Source: Squalus acanthias (Eukaryota). Taken from it: 64,000 nucleotides of DNA. The notes under the pieces are model-generated. The model was not told the DNA's origin and did not search any database. It was given only the letters and a program-made list of their open reading frames with translations. Location of the stretch: positions 172,610,001-172,674,000 of the forward strand of contig CM059425.1 of the NCBI GenBank assembly GCA_030390025.1, given 5' to 3'. Shown here piece by piece: positions 51,470-64,000 of the stretch (positions are counted from its first letter, which is position 1; every line of letters begins with the position of its first letter). A program made the translations under genes and the position numbers.

Positions 51470-54400
51470 GTTGAGTAAAGACTTTAACTAATTAAATAAA
51501 TAAAATAAGGCTAGACTAAGATATGGCAGGGCAGGTTGTGTGTCTGGACTGCAGTATGTGGGAGTTTGTGGACAGGTACGGGCATCAAAGTTTTGGATGA
51601 GCTAAATCTCTCCAGCTCACAGTCATTGAGCTGGAGTGCGAGTTAGAGACACTCAACACATAAGGGAGGGGAGGGGAGGAATTTCTGGACAGTTTTATCC
51701 AGAATACAGTCACACCCCAGAGGAAAGCACAGGTTCAGGAAGGGGAGGGTGTGACTGCTAGGGAACCGGGTAGCGGGGATTTAGGAGAGGTTGAGAAGGA
51801 GGTCCCGCAGACATTGGTCCTGTCCAACAGGTATGAAGTACTCGCTACCTGTGAGGACAAGGAGAAAGACTGCAGGGAGGACAGCCACAATACAGACCAA
51901 GGCACTGTGGCTCAGAAGGCTGTCCAAGTGGGGGGGGGGGGGGGAAGCAGAATAGAAATGTGGTTAGTGATAGGGGACTCTATAATTAGGGGAATAGATA
52001 GCGTCCTCTGCAGCCATGATAGAAAATCCCGAAGGGTGTGTTGCCAGGGTAAGGGATATCTCACGGCGGCTGGAGAGGAACTTGGATAGGGGAGGGGGTA
52101 AATCCAGTTGTCGTGGTCCATGTTGGAACAAACGACATAGGTAGGAACAGGGAAGAGGTCCTGCTGAGAGATCAGGAGTTAGGCTCTAAATTAAAAAGCA
52201 GGACCTAGAGGGTAATAATCTCTGGATTATTGCCCGAGCCACGTGCAAATTGGCATAGAAGCAGACAAATCAGGGGAATTAACACGTGGCTAAAGGGCTG
52301 GTGTGGGAAAAGAGGGGTTCCTTTTCATGGGACGCTGGCACCAGTTCTGGGACAGGAAGGAGCTGTACCGATGGAACGGGCTCCACCTGAACCGGGATGG
52401 GACCAGTGTCCTAGCGGAAAGGGTAAATAGGGAGGCGGCAAAGGCTTTAAACTAGTAAGATGGGGGGAGGGATCTACAAGAAAGGTAACCAGCCTAATTA
52501 TAAACAAAACTGGAAAAGAGAGCATAGGAAAGAATAAAGTAAGGGAGGACATTGATGGTAAGGGAATAAATAGAGTTATAGAACAGGAGTCTAAAAAGAT
52601 GGTTAAACATAAAGTGAGAGGAAATCCTATTAAAAATGAGTTAAACTGTCTGTACAGCAATGCACAGTGTGCATAATAAAGCAGGGGAGCTGGAGGCAAT
52701 CATACGTTGTGAGGAATCAGACATAGTAGGGATTATGGAGACATGGCTACAGAAAAATGAGGACTGGGAATTAAACATTGTAGGGTATAACATATTTAGA
52801 AAAGATAGAGGGGGAAAAACGGGAGGTGGAGTAACTGTACTTATTAGGGATAACATAATGGCAGTAGGAAAAAGCGACACAGCTATCAGCAAGACAAAAA
52901 CAGAATCCATATGGATAGAGATAAAAGCTCATAAAGGATCAATCACACTAATAGGTGTAGTCTACAGACCACCTAATAGTGGAAGGGAGGTGGAGGAAGA
53001 AATATGCAAACAAATTCAGGAAATGAGTAAAAAACATAGAATAATAATCATGGGGGAATTCAACTACTCCGATGTTAATTGGACAGAAGAGGTAGTTAAA
53101 GGGGTTAAGGGAATGGAGTTCCTACAATGTGTACAGGAGTCCTTTCTAACCCAATATATAAAAAGCCCAACAAAGGAGGATTCACTATTCGATCTAGTAA
53201 TGGGGAATGAACCAGAGCAGATAAGAGAAGTAAAAGCAGGGGAACATCTAGGCAATAGTGACCATAATATAATACACTTTAAGATGATAACATAAGAACA
53301 TAAGAAATAGGAGCAGGAGTAGGCCAATCGGCCCCTCGAGCCTGCTCCGCCATTCAATAAGATCATGGCTGATCTGATCCTAACCGCCAATCTACTATCT
53401 ATCACAGAATGATAATTGAGAAGAACATAAGTATGACAAAAAGCAGGGTAATAGATTGGAGAAAAGCTGATTTTGAGAGGCTGAGAATAGAACCTGGGAA
53501 AATAAAATGGGCAACAATATTGGCAAACAACGATGTACAACAGCAATGGGAAAGAAACATTCAACAGAGTGCAGGAACAATATATTCCGCTAAAATGAAA
53601 GAACAAACTAAACATTAATGAGACTCCATGGATGAATAAAGCCATAAGGGAACAATTGAGTGGAAGGAAAGAGGCATACATTAAGTACATAGACAGCAGG
53701 GGAGTGCATGATAAGGGAGACTATGAAGAGATTAGGAGAGAAGTCAAAAAAACAATTAAGGCAGCAAAGAGGAACTATGAAATTAAATTATCAAGGAACA
53801 TAAAACAAAATAGTAAAATATTTTACAGGCACATCAATACAAAAAAAAAGGTTGGGATGGGAATAGGGCCATTCAGGGATAGACAGCATAATACCACAGG
53901 TAACGATTGAGAGATGGCAGAAATATTAAGTAATTATTTTGCTTTTGTATTTACCAGGGAGATAGAACAGGTGGACATGACATTGGATGATGAGCTTAGT
54001 AATGAGATAAGTGCATTTAAAATAAAAAAAGAGGGGATATATTAAATAAACTAATCAAACTCAAGAGGATAAAACCCCTGGCCCGGATGGATTGCATCCA
54101 CGCATTTTAAAAGAATCTAGGGAAGAGACAGCAGAGGCATTACGACACATATTTAATCATTTGTTAGTGCCAGAGGACTGGCGGATAGCTAACGTAATAC
54201 CTATATTTAAGGGGGCTAGAACATGTCCAGGCAATTATAGACCAGTCAGCTTAACATCGGTGGTAGGAAAAATAATGGAATCCCTACTAAAGGAGAAAAT
54301 AGAAGAACATCTAGAAACCAAAAACATAGTAATGAATAGTCAGCATGGATTCCAAAAGGTAAAGTCTTGCTTGACCAACCTCATTGAATTTTTTTTGAAG

Positions 54401-55625
54401 AGGTAACAGAGAGAGTAGACAGGGTAATGTAGTAGATGTAATTTATCTAGATTTTCAAAAGGCCTTCGATAAGGTACCCCATAATAGACTGATGAACAAG
54501 GTCAGAGAATGCGGAGTCAAGGGACAAGAGGCAGAATGGATAGCTAGCTGGCTTCAAGACAGAAAGCAGAGAGTGGGGTAAAAGGTAGCTATTCACAGTG
54601 GCAGAAGGTGGGTAGTGATGTTCTACAAGGATCAGTGCTGGGACCACTGTTGTTCACAATTTATATTAACGATTTAGACTTGGAATCAAAAACACAATTT
54701 CTACATTTGCGGATGACACCACATGGGGGGGGGGGGAAAGATAGTCAATACTGAAAGAGGACTGCAACAAATTACAGGAGGACATTAATAAACTTGCAGA
54801 ATGGGCATATAATTGGCAAATTAAGTTTAGCACATAAATGTGAGGTATTACATTTTGGTGGGAAGAATAGAAAGATCAGTTATTACTTGGAGGGTGCGAG
54901 TCTAGTTGGGGTAGAGGAAGAAAGGGATCTCGGAGTACAAATACACAAATCACTAAAAGTTGCGACACAGGTTAGCAAGGCCATTAAAAAAGCAAACCAA
55001 GCACTAGGGTTTATTTCTAGAGGGATAGAATTGAAAAGTAGGGAAGTTATGCTAAACCTGTATCGAACCTTGGTTAGACCACACAAAGTACTGCATACAG
55101 TTCTGGTTGCCATATTATAAAAAGGGTATAGAGACACTGGAGAGGGTGCAGAGAAGATTTACAAGGATGATACCAGAAATGTAATGGTATACATATCAGG
55201 AAAGGATGAACAGGCTGGGTCTCTTTTCTCTTGAAAAAAGGCTGAGGGTGACCTAAGAGGTCTTTAAAATTATGAAAGGTTTTGATAGAGTGGATACAGA
55301 GAGAATGTTTCCACTTGTGGGGAAGAGCATAACTGGAGGCCATCAATATAAGATAGTCACCAAGAAATCCAAAGGGGAATTCAGAAGAAACTTCTTTACC
55401 CAGAGAGTGGTGAGAATGTGGAACTCGCTAGCACAGGGAGTGGTTGAAGCAAAAAGTATAGATGCATTTAAGGGGAGGCTCGACAAGCAATGAGGGAGAA
55501 GGGAATAGAGGGTTATGCTGATAGATGTAGTTGAAGTAAGGCGGGAGGCGGCGCGAGTGGAGCATAAACGCCGGCATGGACTGGTTGGGCCGAATGGCCT
55601 GTTTCTGCGCCGTATATCCTATGTT
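51470..55625 (+). mobile_element. Near full-length decayed CR1 (ORF1 esterase + APE + RT)
   Basis: VIGDSIIRG, VHVGTNDIG, METWL, YRPP, SDHN, SQHGF, FADDT; tail TATCCTATGTTTC. Confidence 0.9.
53291..53408 (-). mobile_element. Short CR1 tail insertion
   Basis: (CATAAGAA)2 tail; ATGATAA duplicated on both flanks. Confidence 0.8.
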
Positions 55626-55827
55626 TCGAATATTGTGTTTTTTTTGCGGAATACTACCTGTACGGATATTGTTCTCCCCCTCAACACAATTAAATTGACA
55701 GTGACGCTAAAGCAAAATACTGCTGATGCTGGAAATCTGAAATTAACAGAAAATTAACAGGAAATACTCCGCACTGACGAAAGGTCATCGACCTGAAAAG
55801 TTAACTGTTTCTCTCTCCACAGATGCT

Positions 55828-56058
55828 TTTGTCCACCCCAGTCCGCATCTCCGCATCATGACCACTATTGACACCACAAACTGCCGGCTCAAAGTGGAGA
55901 GAATCTCCAAGAAGATCCCTCAATGTACCTCTACCTGACGAAGGGGCAGCAGCTCCGAAAGCTCGTAATTTTAAATAAAACTGTTGGACTATAACCTGGT
56001 GTTGTGCGACTTCTCATTTTTGTCCACCCCAGTCCAACACCGGCATCTCCGCATCATG
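55828..56058 (+). mobile_element. Internally deleted Penelope-like element (231 bp)
   Basis: Terminal direct repeat TTGTCCACCCCAGTCC..GCATCTCCGCATCATG; ORF start MTTIDTTNCRLKVERISKKI; 12-bp TSD TCCACAGATGCT (55816-55827, 56059-56070). Confidence 0.8.
55932..55967 (+). ncRNA. Minimal type I hammerhead ribozyme motif
   Basis: UAC-CUGACGA-A-GGGGC(AGCA)GCUCC-GAAA-GCUC-GUA: intact core, stem II, palindromic AGCU stem III, CUC triplet, stem I UAC/GUA. Confidence 0.75.
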
Positions 56059-56139
56059 TCCACAGATGCTGCCCGACCTGCCACATTAACAGCGATGCCG
56101 CTCCCTCTCCCCATAATATTTACTTTGGCAACGTCAAGA

Positions 56140-57940
56140 TCAAAGGACATGAACCTGCGGCCGTGTACTTTCCCGTACCTACAATGCTGCTCGGCGGTGT
56201 CCCGCTAGAAACACACCTCCTGATGTACAGACATCAGAAGCAGAAGATTGGCGCATGCGTGCGCCGTCTCGACGCCACGTCACTGAAGGCAACACTGAAT
56301 GCGCAGGCGCTGGCCGCGAGGCGTGGTTTCAGTTGCGGCTCGAGCAGACGAGAGCAGCAACGGACGAATTTTCAAAAAATAAAGCTGAGGAGGGGGGAGA
56401 GCGGAGCGTTCACACGGAGCATATTTACAACACACGCACATTAAAAAGGCGTATGAATAAAGACGCTAACGTTATACAACGCGTTTTAAAAAAAAAAGAA
56501 ACGTACATAAACGAGCCTCAGGAGCAGCTCGGTGGTGTGCCAGACCAGCACTTGGTGTGGGTTGGAGGGAAGAAGGGTAACACGAACCCCTTGGTTCCGA
56601 GTGGAGCAAGCTGCAGGGTTTGACGTCTTCGTGCCTTAGAATTGGCTGAAGACACTGATGTTTTGCTTCGCTATGACAATATACATTTATCGCTAGGGGA
56701 ACTAATTGTCTTAAATATATTATACACATACACACACTATTTCCATTTAGAAAAAACGATAAACTACACAAGATTTAAAAAAAAAACTTATTGCATCCTT
56801 TCTTAGGAGGAAGTGGAACGGTTCTGCTCAGGCTTGAAAAATGACCTTCGTCTGACAAGGAGGAAAATTGTTAGATTTAAGATTCGTTATCGTTTGCCGA
56901 GTTAATTTGGGGGAACCGAATGTTACATCGGGCTGCGAGGAAGGAGGTTACCGCCCCGACACTGCCCATTCAGCAGGGCGGCTGATTTGCCGAAACAACC
57001 AGACGTACTGAAATGGTAACTCCTGAGAGACTGGGGCAAAAGGACGCTGGAAAGAAAAATGTTTGCAGAGCAAAGGTCGGCGAGATTAAAACAATGTGAT
57101 TATCGGATGGCAAAATAGTCAGCATTTGTTGCCACCAGCTCTCTCTCAATTTACTGAAGACCGCAACTTGCAAAACGGGTTTATGTTTATATGTTTAATG
57201 CGTAGACAATTTTGAATGCTGAACATTTTGTGCGATAGAACTGCACAAGGCCGAGTGAAAAAGGGGTATGTGAAACAATAATAACCCGTGACTACCGAGA
57301 GTACACCGCCTGCCTCGGAAACGCCAAGAACTGGAAATACAGGTTGTTCTTCACCTGATCGAGCTGCTGTTTCCGCAACTCTTGTTTTCAACATCTCTCT
57401 CCACGTAACCTGCTCAGCTCCACTACCTGACTGTTGCCTTTTTCTTTCCGAAGATACTACATTTTACCAGGATTTGTGTGTTGAGAGTGACACCAGTGAG
57501 CTTACGATACGGTGAAGAAGTTTTTGGCAGTGGAGCTTTAATCTCGTGGCTTTATATGGGGGGGCGTGTTTGAAAACCGATTGGGATTTCTCGATTTCTC
57601 TACTGTTCTGCCACTCGATTCATGTGACAGGAAAACGTTTGCTTCCTGTGTTTGCTGGTTAGTCTAATGGTGCAATTCACTCCGCGCACGCTTTTGGAAG
57701 GAACTTTTTACACCTCCGTTCGGAAATATTAAAACACCACTACTATGCAAATTTCGTCGGTGTTCTTATGTCTTTAAATGCGTAAAAATACATGAAAAAA
57801 TGAAACTGAGCAGGCAATTCACTATATTTGGAAGTGCCATATTCTGCGTGGTGATCTTTTCCTTGTACTTAATGCTCGACCATGTTCAGTTCGATCACCC
57901 AAAGAACGTGAGGAAAGGGGGAACATTTCCAAAGGTAAGT
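56140..57940. promoter_or_regulatory. CpG island, probable bidirectional promoter
   Basis: Non-repeat, CpG-dense; NRF1-like GCGCATGCGT (56251-56260) and TGCGCAGGCGC (~56300-56310); CCACGTCA (56275-56282); GC box, inverted CCAAT and ETS-like CTTCCTG at ~57558-57650; donor AAG|GTAAGT after 57934. Confidence 0.7.
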
Positions 57941-58317
57941 GCTGTTAAATAACTCGCGTATGTTTATTAGCGAATGGGATCGTTGTGAACAAGGACTACA
58001 GCTGGCTGTAGCATGCGCTCCCCTTTTTAGCGGACTAACAATTGATCTCCCATGGCGTTGCTCACGCGTAGAAATTAAAGCCTCTTTCTGTAACTATCGT
58101 GTGTCTCTCGCCAAAGATATTTAGTGAAGTGAGGGGGAGGCGAGTTTTCCCCTACTACAAATTTTCCCCCACTTTTGTTTTTACAGGTGGATGAAAGTCA
58201 AAATTATCCAAAGGATAGTACATCTATATGGGAAAAATGCTTTCTGTTTGTGGCATTTGCAAAGCTACATTAAGGAAATATACTTGTAAATCTTGTCTTT
58301 GCTGTACAATCTTCTTG

Positions 58318-58815
58318 TGTCGTCTTAGGCAGTCCCTCGGAACCGAGGGTGACTTGCTTCCACATTAAAAATGAGTTCTCAGGTGACTGATGAGTCCAAT
58401 GCGGGACCGATAGTCTCTGTCACAGGTGGGGCAGACGGTGGGTGGGTTGACGTGCGCTCCTTCCGCTGTTTGCACTTGGCTTCCGCTTGCTCCCGGCGAA
58501 GAGACTCGAGGTGTTCGGCGCCTTCCCGGATGTTTCTCCTCCACTTTTTGTGCGGTCTTGGGCCAGGGATTCCCAGGTGTCGGTGGGGATGTTGTACTTT
58601 TTCAAGGAGGCTTTGAGGGTGTCCGATACGAGACTACCAAAACAAGCGCTCTACTCGGAGCTCCGACATGGCAAGAGAGCCCCAGGTGGGCAGAGGAAAC
58701 GCTTCAAGGACACCCTCCAAGCCTCCTTTGAAAAAGTGCAATGTCCCCACCGACACCTGGGAATCCCTGGCCCAAGACCGCACAAAGTGGAGGAGAAGTA
58801 TCCAGGAAGGCGCCG
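58318..58815. mobile_element. RTE (BovB-like) LINE 3' end with an inversion
   Basis: DTRLPKQALYSELRHGKRAPGGQRKRFKDTL on + (58622-58815); 3' end on - (58318-58622). Confidence 0.85.
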
Positions 58816-58959
58816 ATTGTACAATAGTTCCATGGGCGCTCACATCCTAAATGGCCAAGGTTCATGTATGCGTCAAGACAATGAGTGTCAACAAGCAATT
58901 TGATCAATAAAACCTGATTATGTCCTCATCCAATGCCCTTTCGTCCATGCACTTTCCAG

Positions 58960-59172
58960 AAGGGCACACAGAATAGCAATCAGGAATGGGAACTATGGCT
59001 GATTTTTCTTCTTTCCTAGCTCAAGGGTTCAGAGGCCAATTGTAGTGCCTCAAGTGCTGCCTGGGCTAAGAGCTAACTTAGCACAAAAACAAGGATAAAA
59101 CCTGGAACATTCTGGTTTATATTGTTCAGTACTACACTATGCAGTGACTTTATCCATTAAGCCACTGGGGGA
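58960..59172 (-). mobile_element. Ancient tRNA SINE, AmnSINE2-like
   Basis: Minus strand GTGCTAAGTTAGCT...GGCACTACAATTGGCCTC...AAAAATCAGCCA...CCTGATTGCTAT resembles my recollection of the AmnSINE2 consensus. Confidence 0.6.
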
Positions 59173-59354
59173 GCTTACTGTCTTGTATAGATGATCAACT
59201 GTATGGGAATCTTCCAGGTGCACTGAGTTGCACCTGAGCAGGATGAAAAAATAAAGGCTGCAGATACCTGGCCAACAGCATTGAAAATCTATTGATGTAA
59301 AAACTTAAATGCACTTAGGGACCATTAGGACCTGAAAAAGAAAGGACAGCTATT

Positions 59355-60202
59355 GGGCCAGATTTTGCTGTCAAAATAACGGTGAGGTTAATGGTATTCG
59401 ACGTTATTTACGGGTAAATGGTACAGCAACTTCAGGCGAGGAGCAGATGCACAGTTAAATGGCAATATCCAAAAGTTGCTGTCCGCGTTGCACCACTTCG
59501 CCTTTAACTTTACAAAAATGGCATTTCGCTGTCTGTCTTGACATGTATTGAACAAGGTTCCCTTTAATTTTTTTTGGGTGTACGGCCCATTCAAAATACC
59601 ACACATGCCCGTTTTTTCCTATGTAAAAGCCGGTGAGCCGGCTACGCGGGAGCTGCAGAGTGCTGTGCGGCTTAAAGGGAACATTGGTTTAGAATGTCGT
59701 GAAGTTGCTGTATTTGCACGGTAGACTTGTCATTTCAAGCATAAGTACCCTTTTAGCGATGTGATAATTGTTAATTACTGCCTGTCAACCTCTCTGGAAA
59801 TGAAAATTAACTATTACAAGTGTGGAGTCTCATTCTTTTTAGGTATTAATTGTTGAAGATTTAAAAAATGTAAAACTGTCTCTCTCTCAATCCAATCTCT
59901 CTTTCTCTTTATTTTTCTTTCTGTATCTGATTTGACGTTGAATTCACTCACTCTAATTTACACTTCCTTCTCAGTCCTTCTGCTGTTTATTCCTCAATCT
60001 TTCAATCTGATTGGTTAAGGAGATACACAGTTGGTTGTCCTGTTCACTCAGGTCACAGATGCCCTGTTTTCTTCACTGCACCGTTATCAGCTCGCACTTT
60101 CAGCAGCTTAATAGGCAAAAATGTTTTGAGCTGAAGGGTGCAGGGATGGGTCTAAATAACGGCCGGCACCAATAGATGCCCTGCTACAACAAAATCTGAT
60201 CC
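59355..60202. mobile_element. Non-autonomous TIR element (Harbinger-type MITE, ~850 bp)
   Basis: TIRs GGGCCAGATTTTGCTGT / ACAACAAAATCTGATCC; flanks ATT/AAT. Confidence 0.75.
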
Positions 60203-62149
60203 AATGTTTAGGTTGTGTACCTTTCATCAGAACAGTGATAGGCAGGCAGTTCAGCCCTTTTGTAGAATAGTACTGACTAAAATAGATGGGAAGAGAGATC
60301 AACATATATGCATAACTACTTGGGCAAAGAGGTAGCTAATGCTTTTAATAGTCTGTGAATAGACTTTAAAATTCTGGAAAGAGGTTTAAAAATGGTGGTT
60401 GACATACAAAGTTCAACTAATTTAAGCAGTGGAAAGACATAAGAAACACAAAGATTAAGTATAGTGGCTCTAAATGGAAGGGTTAGAAATCTCTCATTTA
60501 CAGAAAGAGATGTGTGGTTGTGATTCCTCACTGAGTTTCTGATAATAGCACTAGGAGTGTGAATGAGCTTGAATGTTTCACCTGCATAGCGGGAACATTG
60601 GCAGGAGTGTCACCCCAGGTAACTTTCACACACTTCATAAGATCTGCTACAAGTTTTATTGACCATAATCCAGGAGCAGATCATAGATCTAGCTACGTAG
60701 CATTAAACTTGGGTATTAGAGTAGGCAATAGGATTAAGGAAAAACATTGGTTTTGTATGAGTGTGATACTCAAGATGGCTCCTGAGCTGGCTGCTCCTTA
60801 CTGAGCTGTTCTTCTCTTGAACTGTATCCTTGGACATCCATTGCCATCCTCTGCTCGCTCTTCCCCCCAATCTCCTTTCTTCCATTGCCTAAGTTACCCT
60901 GGCTCTGATAGTGTAGGCATTTCAGCCCAAACTACAAGTTCAAAGCTTCCACTACCCATCTCCCGACCCTGCGTGTCTTTGTTCTCACTGAGCTCTTTCA
61001 ACTACTGGAACTCTGCTGAAACTTGACTTCATCACCTGGATTCCTCTGCCAACAGGACTATGCTGCTCTACTGACTACATTGTTTGATTCAGCAGCTGTG
61101 ACTCTGTTCTGCTTTCAGTCACTTCAAGTATTAAGCTGCTGAATTCTTTTCTCAAATTGGTTTCCGATCTCCTGGACTTCTCTGGACATCTAGACTACAT
61201 TTCTGCTTTGAACTACACTGGATTACACCACTACATTTCTGTACTGGATTACACTGTAAGCCTTACCTGCTATGTCTTTATCTCTGCTACTAAAAGATTT
61301 TTTTTTGTTTAAAAATAACTTTTAAACTGCAGCTGTGTCTCTGTTGAACTGGTTCTACTGTTTTTTTCAGCTTTGTTGGCTTCTAGCTAGCAGCTACTGT
61401 TTCACTTGCTGTCCGGTGACTCGTTCTACTGGTTTTCAGCTTTGCTGGTCGCTGGCTTGTGGTTTTACTTTGTCTCTGCCGCTTTGATCTACGGTGACCT
61501 CCAACTTGCATCAATTTCGCCATCATCTTTCTGCACCGCTACCGACTCTCTTTCCTACGGCAACAACCTCCATCCTCGAACCCTTCAAATAGCTTCTGGA
61601 CTTCACTCGCCTGCTTTCGACAGTGGTTCGTCGATGCTCCGTAGCGGCCCCATCCTGCTTACGTTTGCTTTGTCCCTCCATGGGACCTCTGACTTTGACT
61701 CTGGTCTCCCTACTATTGTCTCCAACCTATTCCCTGCTACCAGGAAATATGTATCCCATTAATTACTACATAACCAGGCTTATGTAACCTGAGCTTTACC
61801 CTGCGTCCATTCGCGTGCGCACTTTGGCTGCCGCTCTGGACCCGAGCCGTTCATTTCTTTTTCCACTTTTTCTCCCCCTTTTCCTTTTCTCTCTATCCCT
61901 CCCTGACCCCTTTCTCCTGTCGTCCTGAGTTCACTGCCCTCGTATCCTCCCTTAATCGCTCCCTCCATGTAAACACCCAACCCATATTCACAGCCACTCC
62001 CTCGACCTTGCCATCTCTCGCGGCCTCGCTACTCCCATCGTGTCAATCGCACATAAGGCCATCTCTAACCACTTCCTCGTATCGCTCGTGACTCACATCC
62101 CACTTCTCCCGCCCCCCCCCCCCCCCCCCAACCCTACTTTCTCTGTGTC

Positions 62150-64000
62150 CGCCCCGGAAAAAACTCTCTCCCAACTCTCTTACAACTGCACTTACGAAAT
62201 TCCAACTGTCCAGCCTTTGGCCCTCCATTCACCATGACATTTCTGCAGCTACCGATCTGCTCAACCACACCCTCACCACCACCTTTGATAGCCTAGTCCT
62301 TATTAAAACAATTACTCTCTCTCACCCTGTTCGTTCCCCCCTGGTACGGCCCTCATCTTTGCTCCTTTAAGTCCAAGGGATGCAGACTTGAACGGGTGTG
62401 GCGGACAACTGGTTTAGCCATTCACTGCCAGATCTGGCTGGACCACATAACGCATTATCGGGTCCTGCTCTTGTCTGCCAAAATTGCTCACTATTCCAGA
62501 ATCATTCTAGAATGCAAAAATAAACCCCGGCTTCTATTCTCCACTGCTAACTGTGTTCTTAAACCCGTCTCCTCCACCCTCGCCTCCAGCAAGAAATGTG
62601 AGGAGCTCATGGACGACTTTGTTTCTAAGATTGAGACCATCCGTTCAGTTGCCTCTGCCACTTCCCTTCCTTCCCAGAGCCTACCGGGTTCCCTCCTGCC
62701 CTAGCCCTGAACTCACATTTTTCTCCAGTTTCTCTTCGATCTCCACGCTCATCTTGTCCGTGAGACCCACTGCGCCCTTGACCCTATTCCCACCAAACTG
62801 CTGACCACCCAACTTCCTTTTCTGGCTCCCATGTTAGCTGACATTGTTAATGGTTCTCTCTCCTCAGGAACTGTCCCCCTCTCCCTCAAATCTGCCGTCA
62901 TCACCCCTCTCAAAAAAAACCTTGACCCCTCCGTCCTTGCAAACGACCACCCCATCTCCAATCTCCCTTTCCTCTTCAAAGTCCTTGAACGTGTTGTCGC
63001 CTCCCAAACTTGTGCCCATCTTTCCCGTAACTCCATGTTTGAATCCCTCCAATCAGGTTTCCACCCCTGCCACAGTACCGAAACGGCTCTCATCAAAGTC
63101 ACAAATGACATCCTTTGTGACTGTGACAAAGGTAAACTATCCCTCCTCGTCCTCCTTGACTTGTCTGCAGCTTTTAACATGGTTGACCACTGCATTCTTC
63201 TCTAGTACCTCTCCACCATCATCCAGCTGGGTGGGACTGCACTCGACTGGTTCCATTCTTATCTATCTAATCGTAGCCAGAGAATCACCTGCAATGGCTT
63301 CTCTTCCCGCTCCCGCATCGTTACCTCTGGTGTCCCATCAAGGATCTATCTTTGGCCCCCTGCTATTTCTCCTCTACATGCTGCCCCTTGGTGACATCAT
63401 CTAAAAACACAGTGTCAGTATCCACATGTACGCTGACGACACCCAGCTCTACCTCACCACCACTTCTCTCGACCCCTCCACGGTCTCTAAATTGTCAGAC
63501 TGCTTGTCCGACATACAGTTCTGGATGAGCAGAAATTTTCTCCAATTAAATATTGGGAAGCCATTGTTTTCGGTCCCCGCCACAAACTCCGTTCCCTAGC
63601 CACTGACTCCATCCCTCACCCTCACATCTGTCTGAGGCTGAACCACACTGTTCACAACCTTGGTGCCATATTTGACCCTGAAATGAGCTTCCGACCACAT
63701 ATTCGCGGCATAACTAAGACCGTCTATTTCCACCTCCGTAATATTGCCCGTCTCCGCCCTTGCCTCAGCTCATCCTCTGCTGAAACCCTCATCCCTGCCT
63801 TTGTTACCTCTAGACATGACTATTCCAAAGCTCTCCTGGCTGGCCTCCCACATTCTACCCTTGAGGTCATCCAAAACTCGGCTGCCCGTGTCCTAACTCG
63901 CACCAAGTCTCGTTCACCCATCACCTCTGTGCTCGCTGACCTACATTGGCTCCCGGTTAAGCAAAGCCTCGATTTCAAAATTCTCATCCTTGTTTTCAAA
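62150..64000 (+). mobile_element. L2 LINE ORF2 (decayed), runs off the window
   Basis: [30 protein letters not shown]; same family as 37547-39650. Confidence 0.9.

Larger units (their letters stand above)
55710..56085 (+). mobile_element. Penelope-associated terminal repeat with degenerate hammerhead, hosting a mini-Penelope
   Basis: TACTGCTGATGCTGGAAATCTGAAA...CTGACGAAAGGTCATCGACCTGAAA...CCACAGATGCTGCC. Confidence 0.65.

Noticed and set aside
56004..56623. 146-aa and 122-aa ORFs at the CpG island
   Set aside because: Start in Penelope or promoter sequence, non-protein-like composition, typical of GC-rich DNA

Overview
Vertebrate genomic DNA, most likely a cartilaginous fish (shark). This is inferred from Deu-domain tRNA SINEs of the SacSINE1 type, CR1 LINEs with an esterase ORF1, C-rich L2 LINEs and Penelope elements. 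No intact host protein-coding gene is recognisable. The window is largely a graveyard of nested, decayed transposons: several CR1 subfamilies (labelled A-D here for convenience), a divergent CR1-group LINE, L2, Tx1, RTE, PIF/Harbinger transposase and Myb remnants plus MITEs, a solo LTR and Penelope pieces. It is bounded by two CpG-rich promoter-like regions (~0.14-0.4 kb and ~56.1-57.9 kb). Most notable points: (1) a composite CR1 at 27.8-34.0 kb that reproduces the exact insertion junction and a frameshift of the full-length CR1 at 1.1-10.6 kb and ends in a second CR1 tail, suggesting 3' transduction or template switching; (2) a CR1 insertion whose 5'UTR piece is fused to the RT at a splice-like junction; (3) an intact minimal hammerhead ribozyme motif in a 231-bp mini-Penelope next to a CpG-island promoter; (4) a Tx1 insertion with a 15-bp TSD; (5) two locally templated insertions. 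All family assignments come from motif recognition, not database searches, and the boundaries of old elements are approximate.
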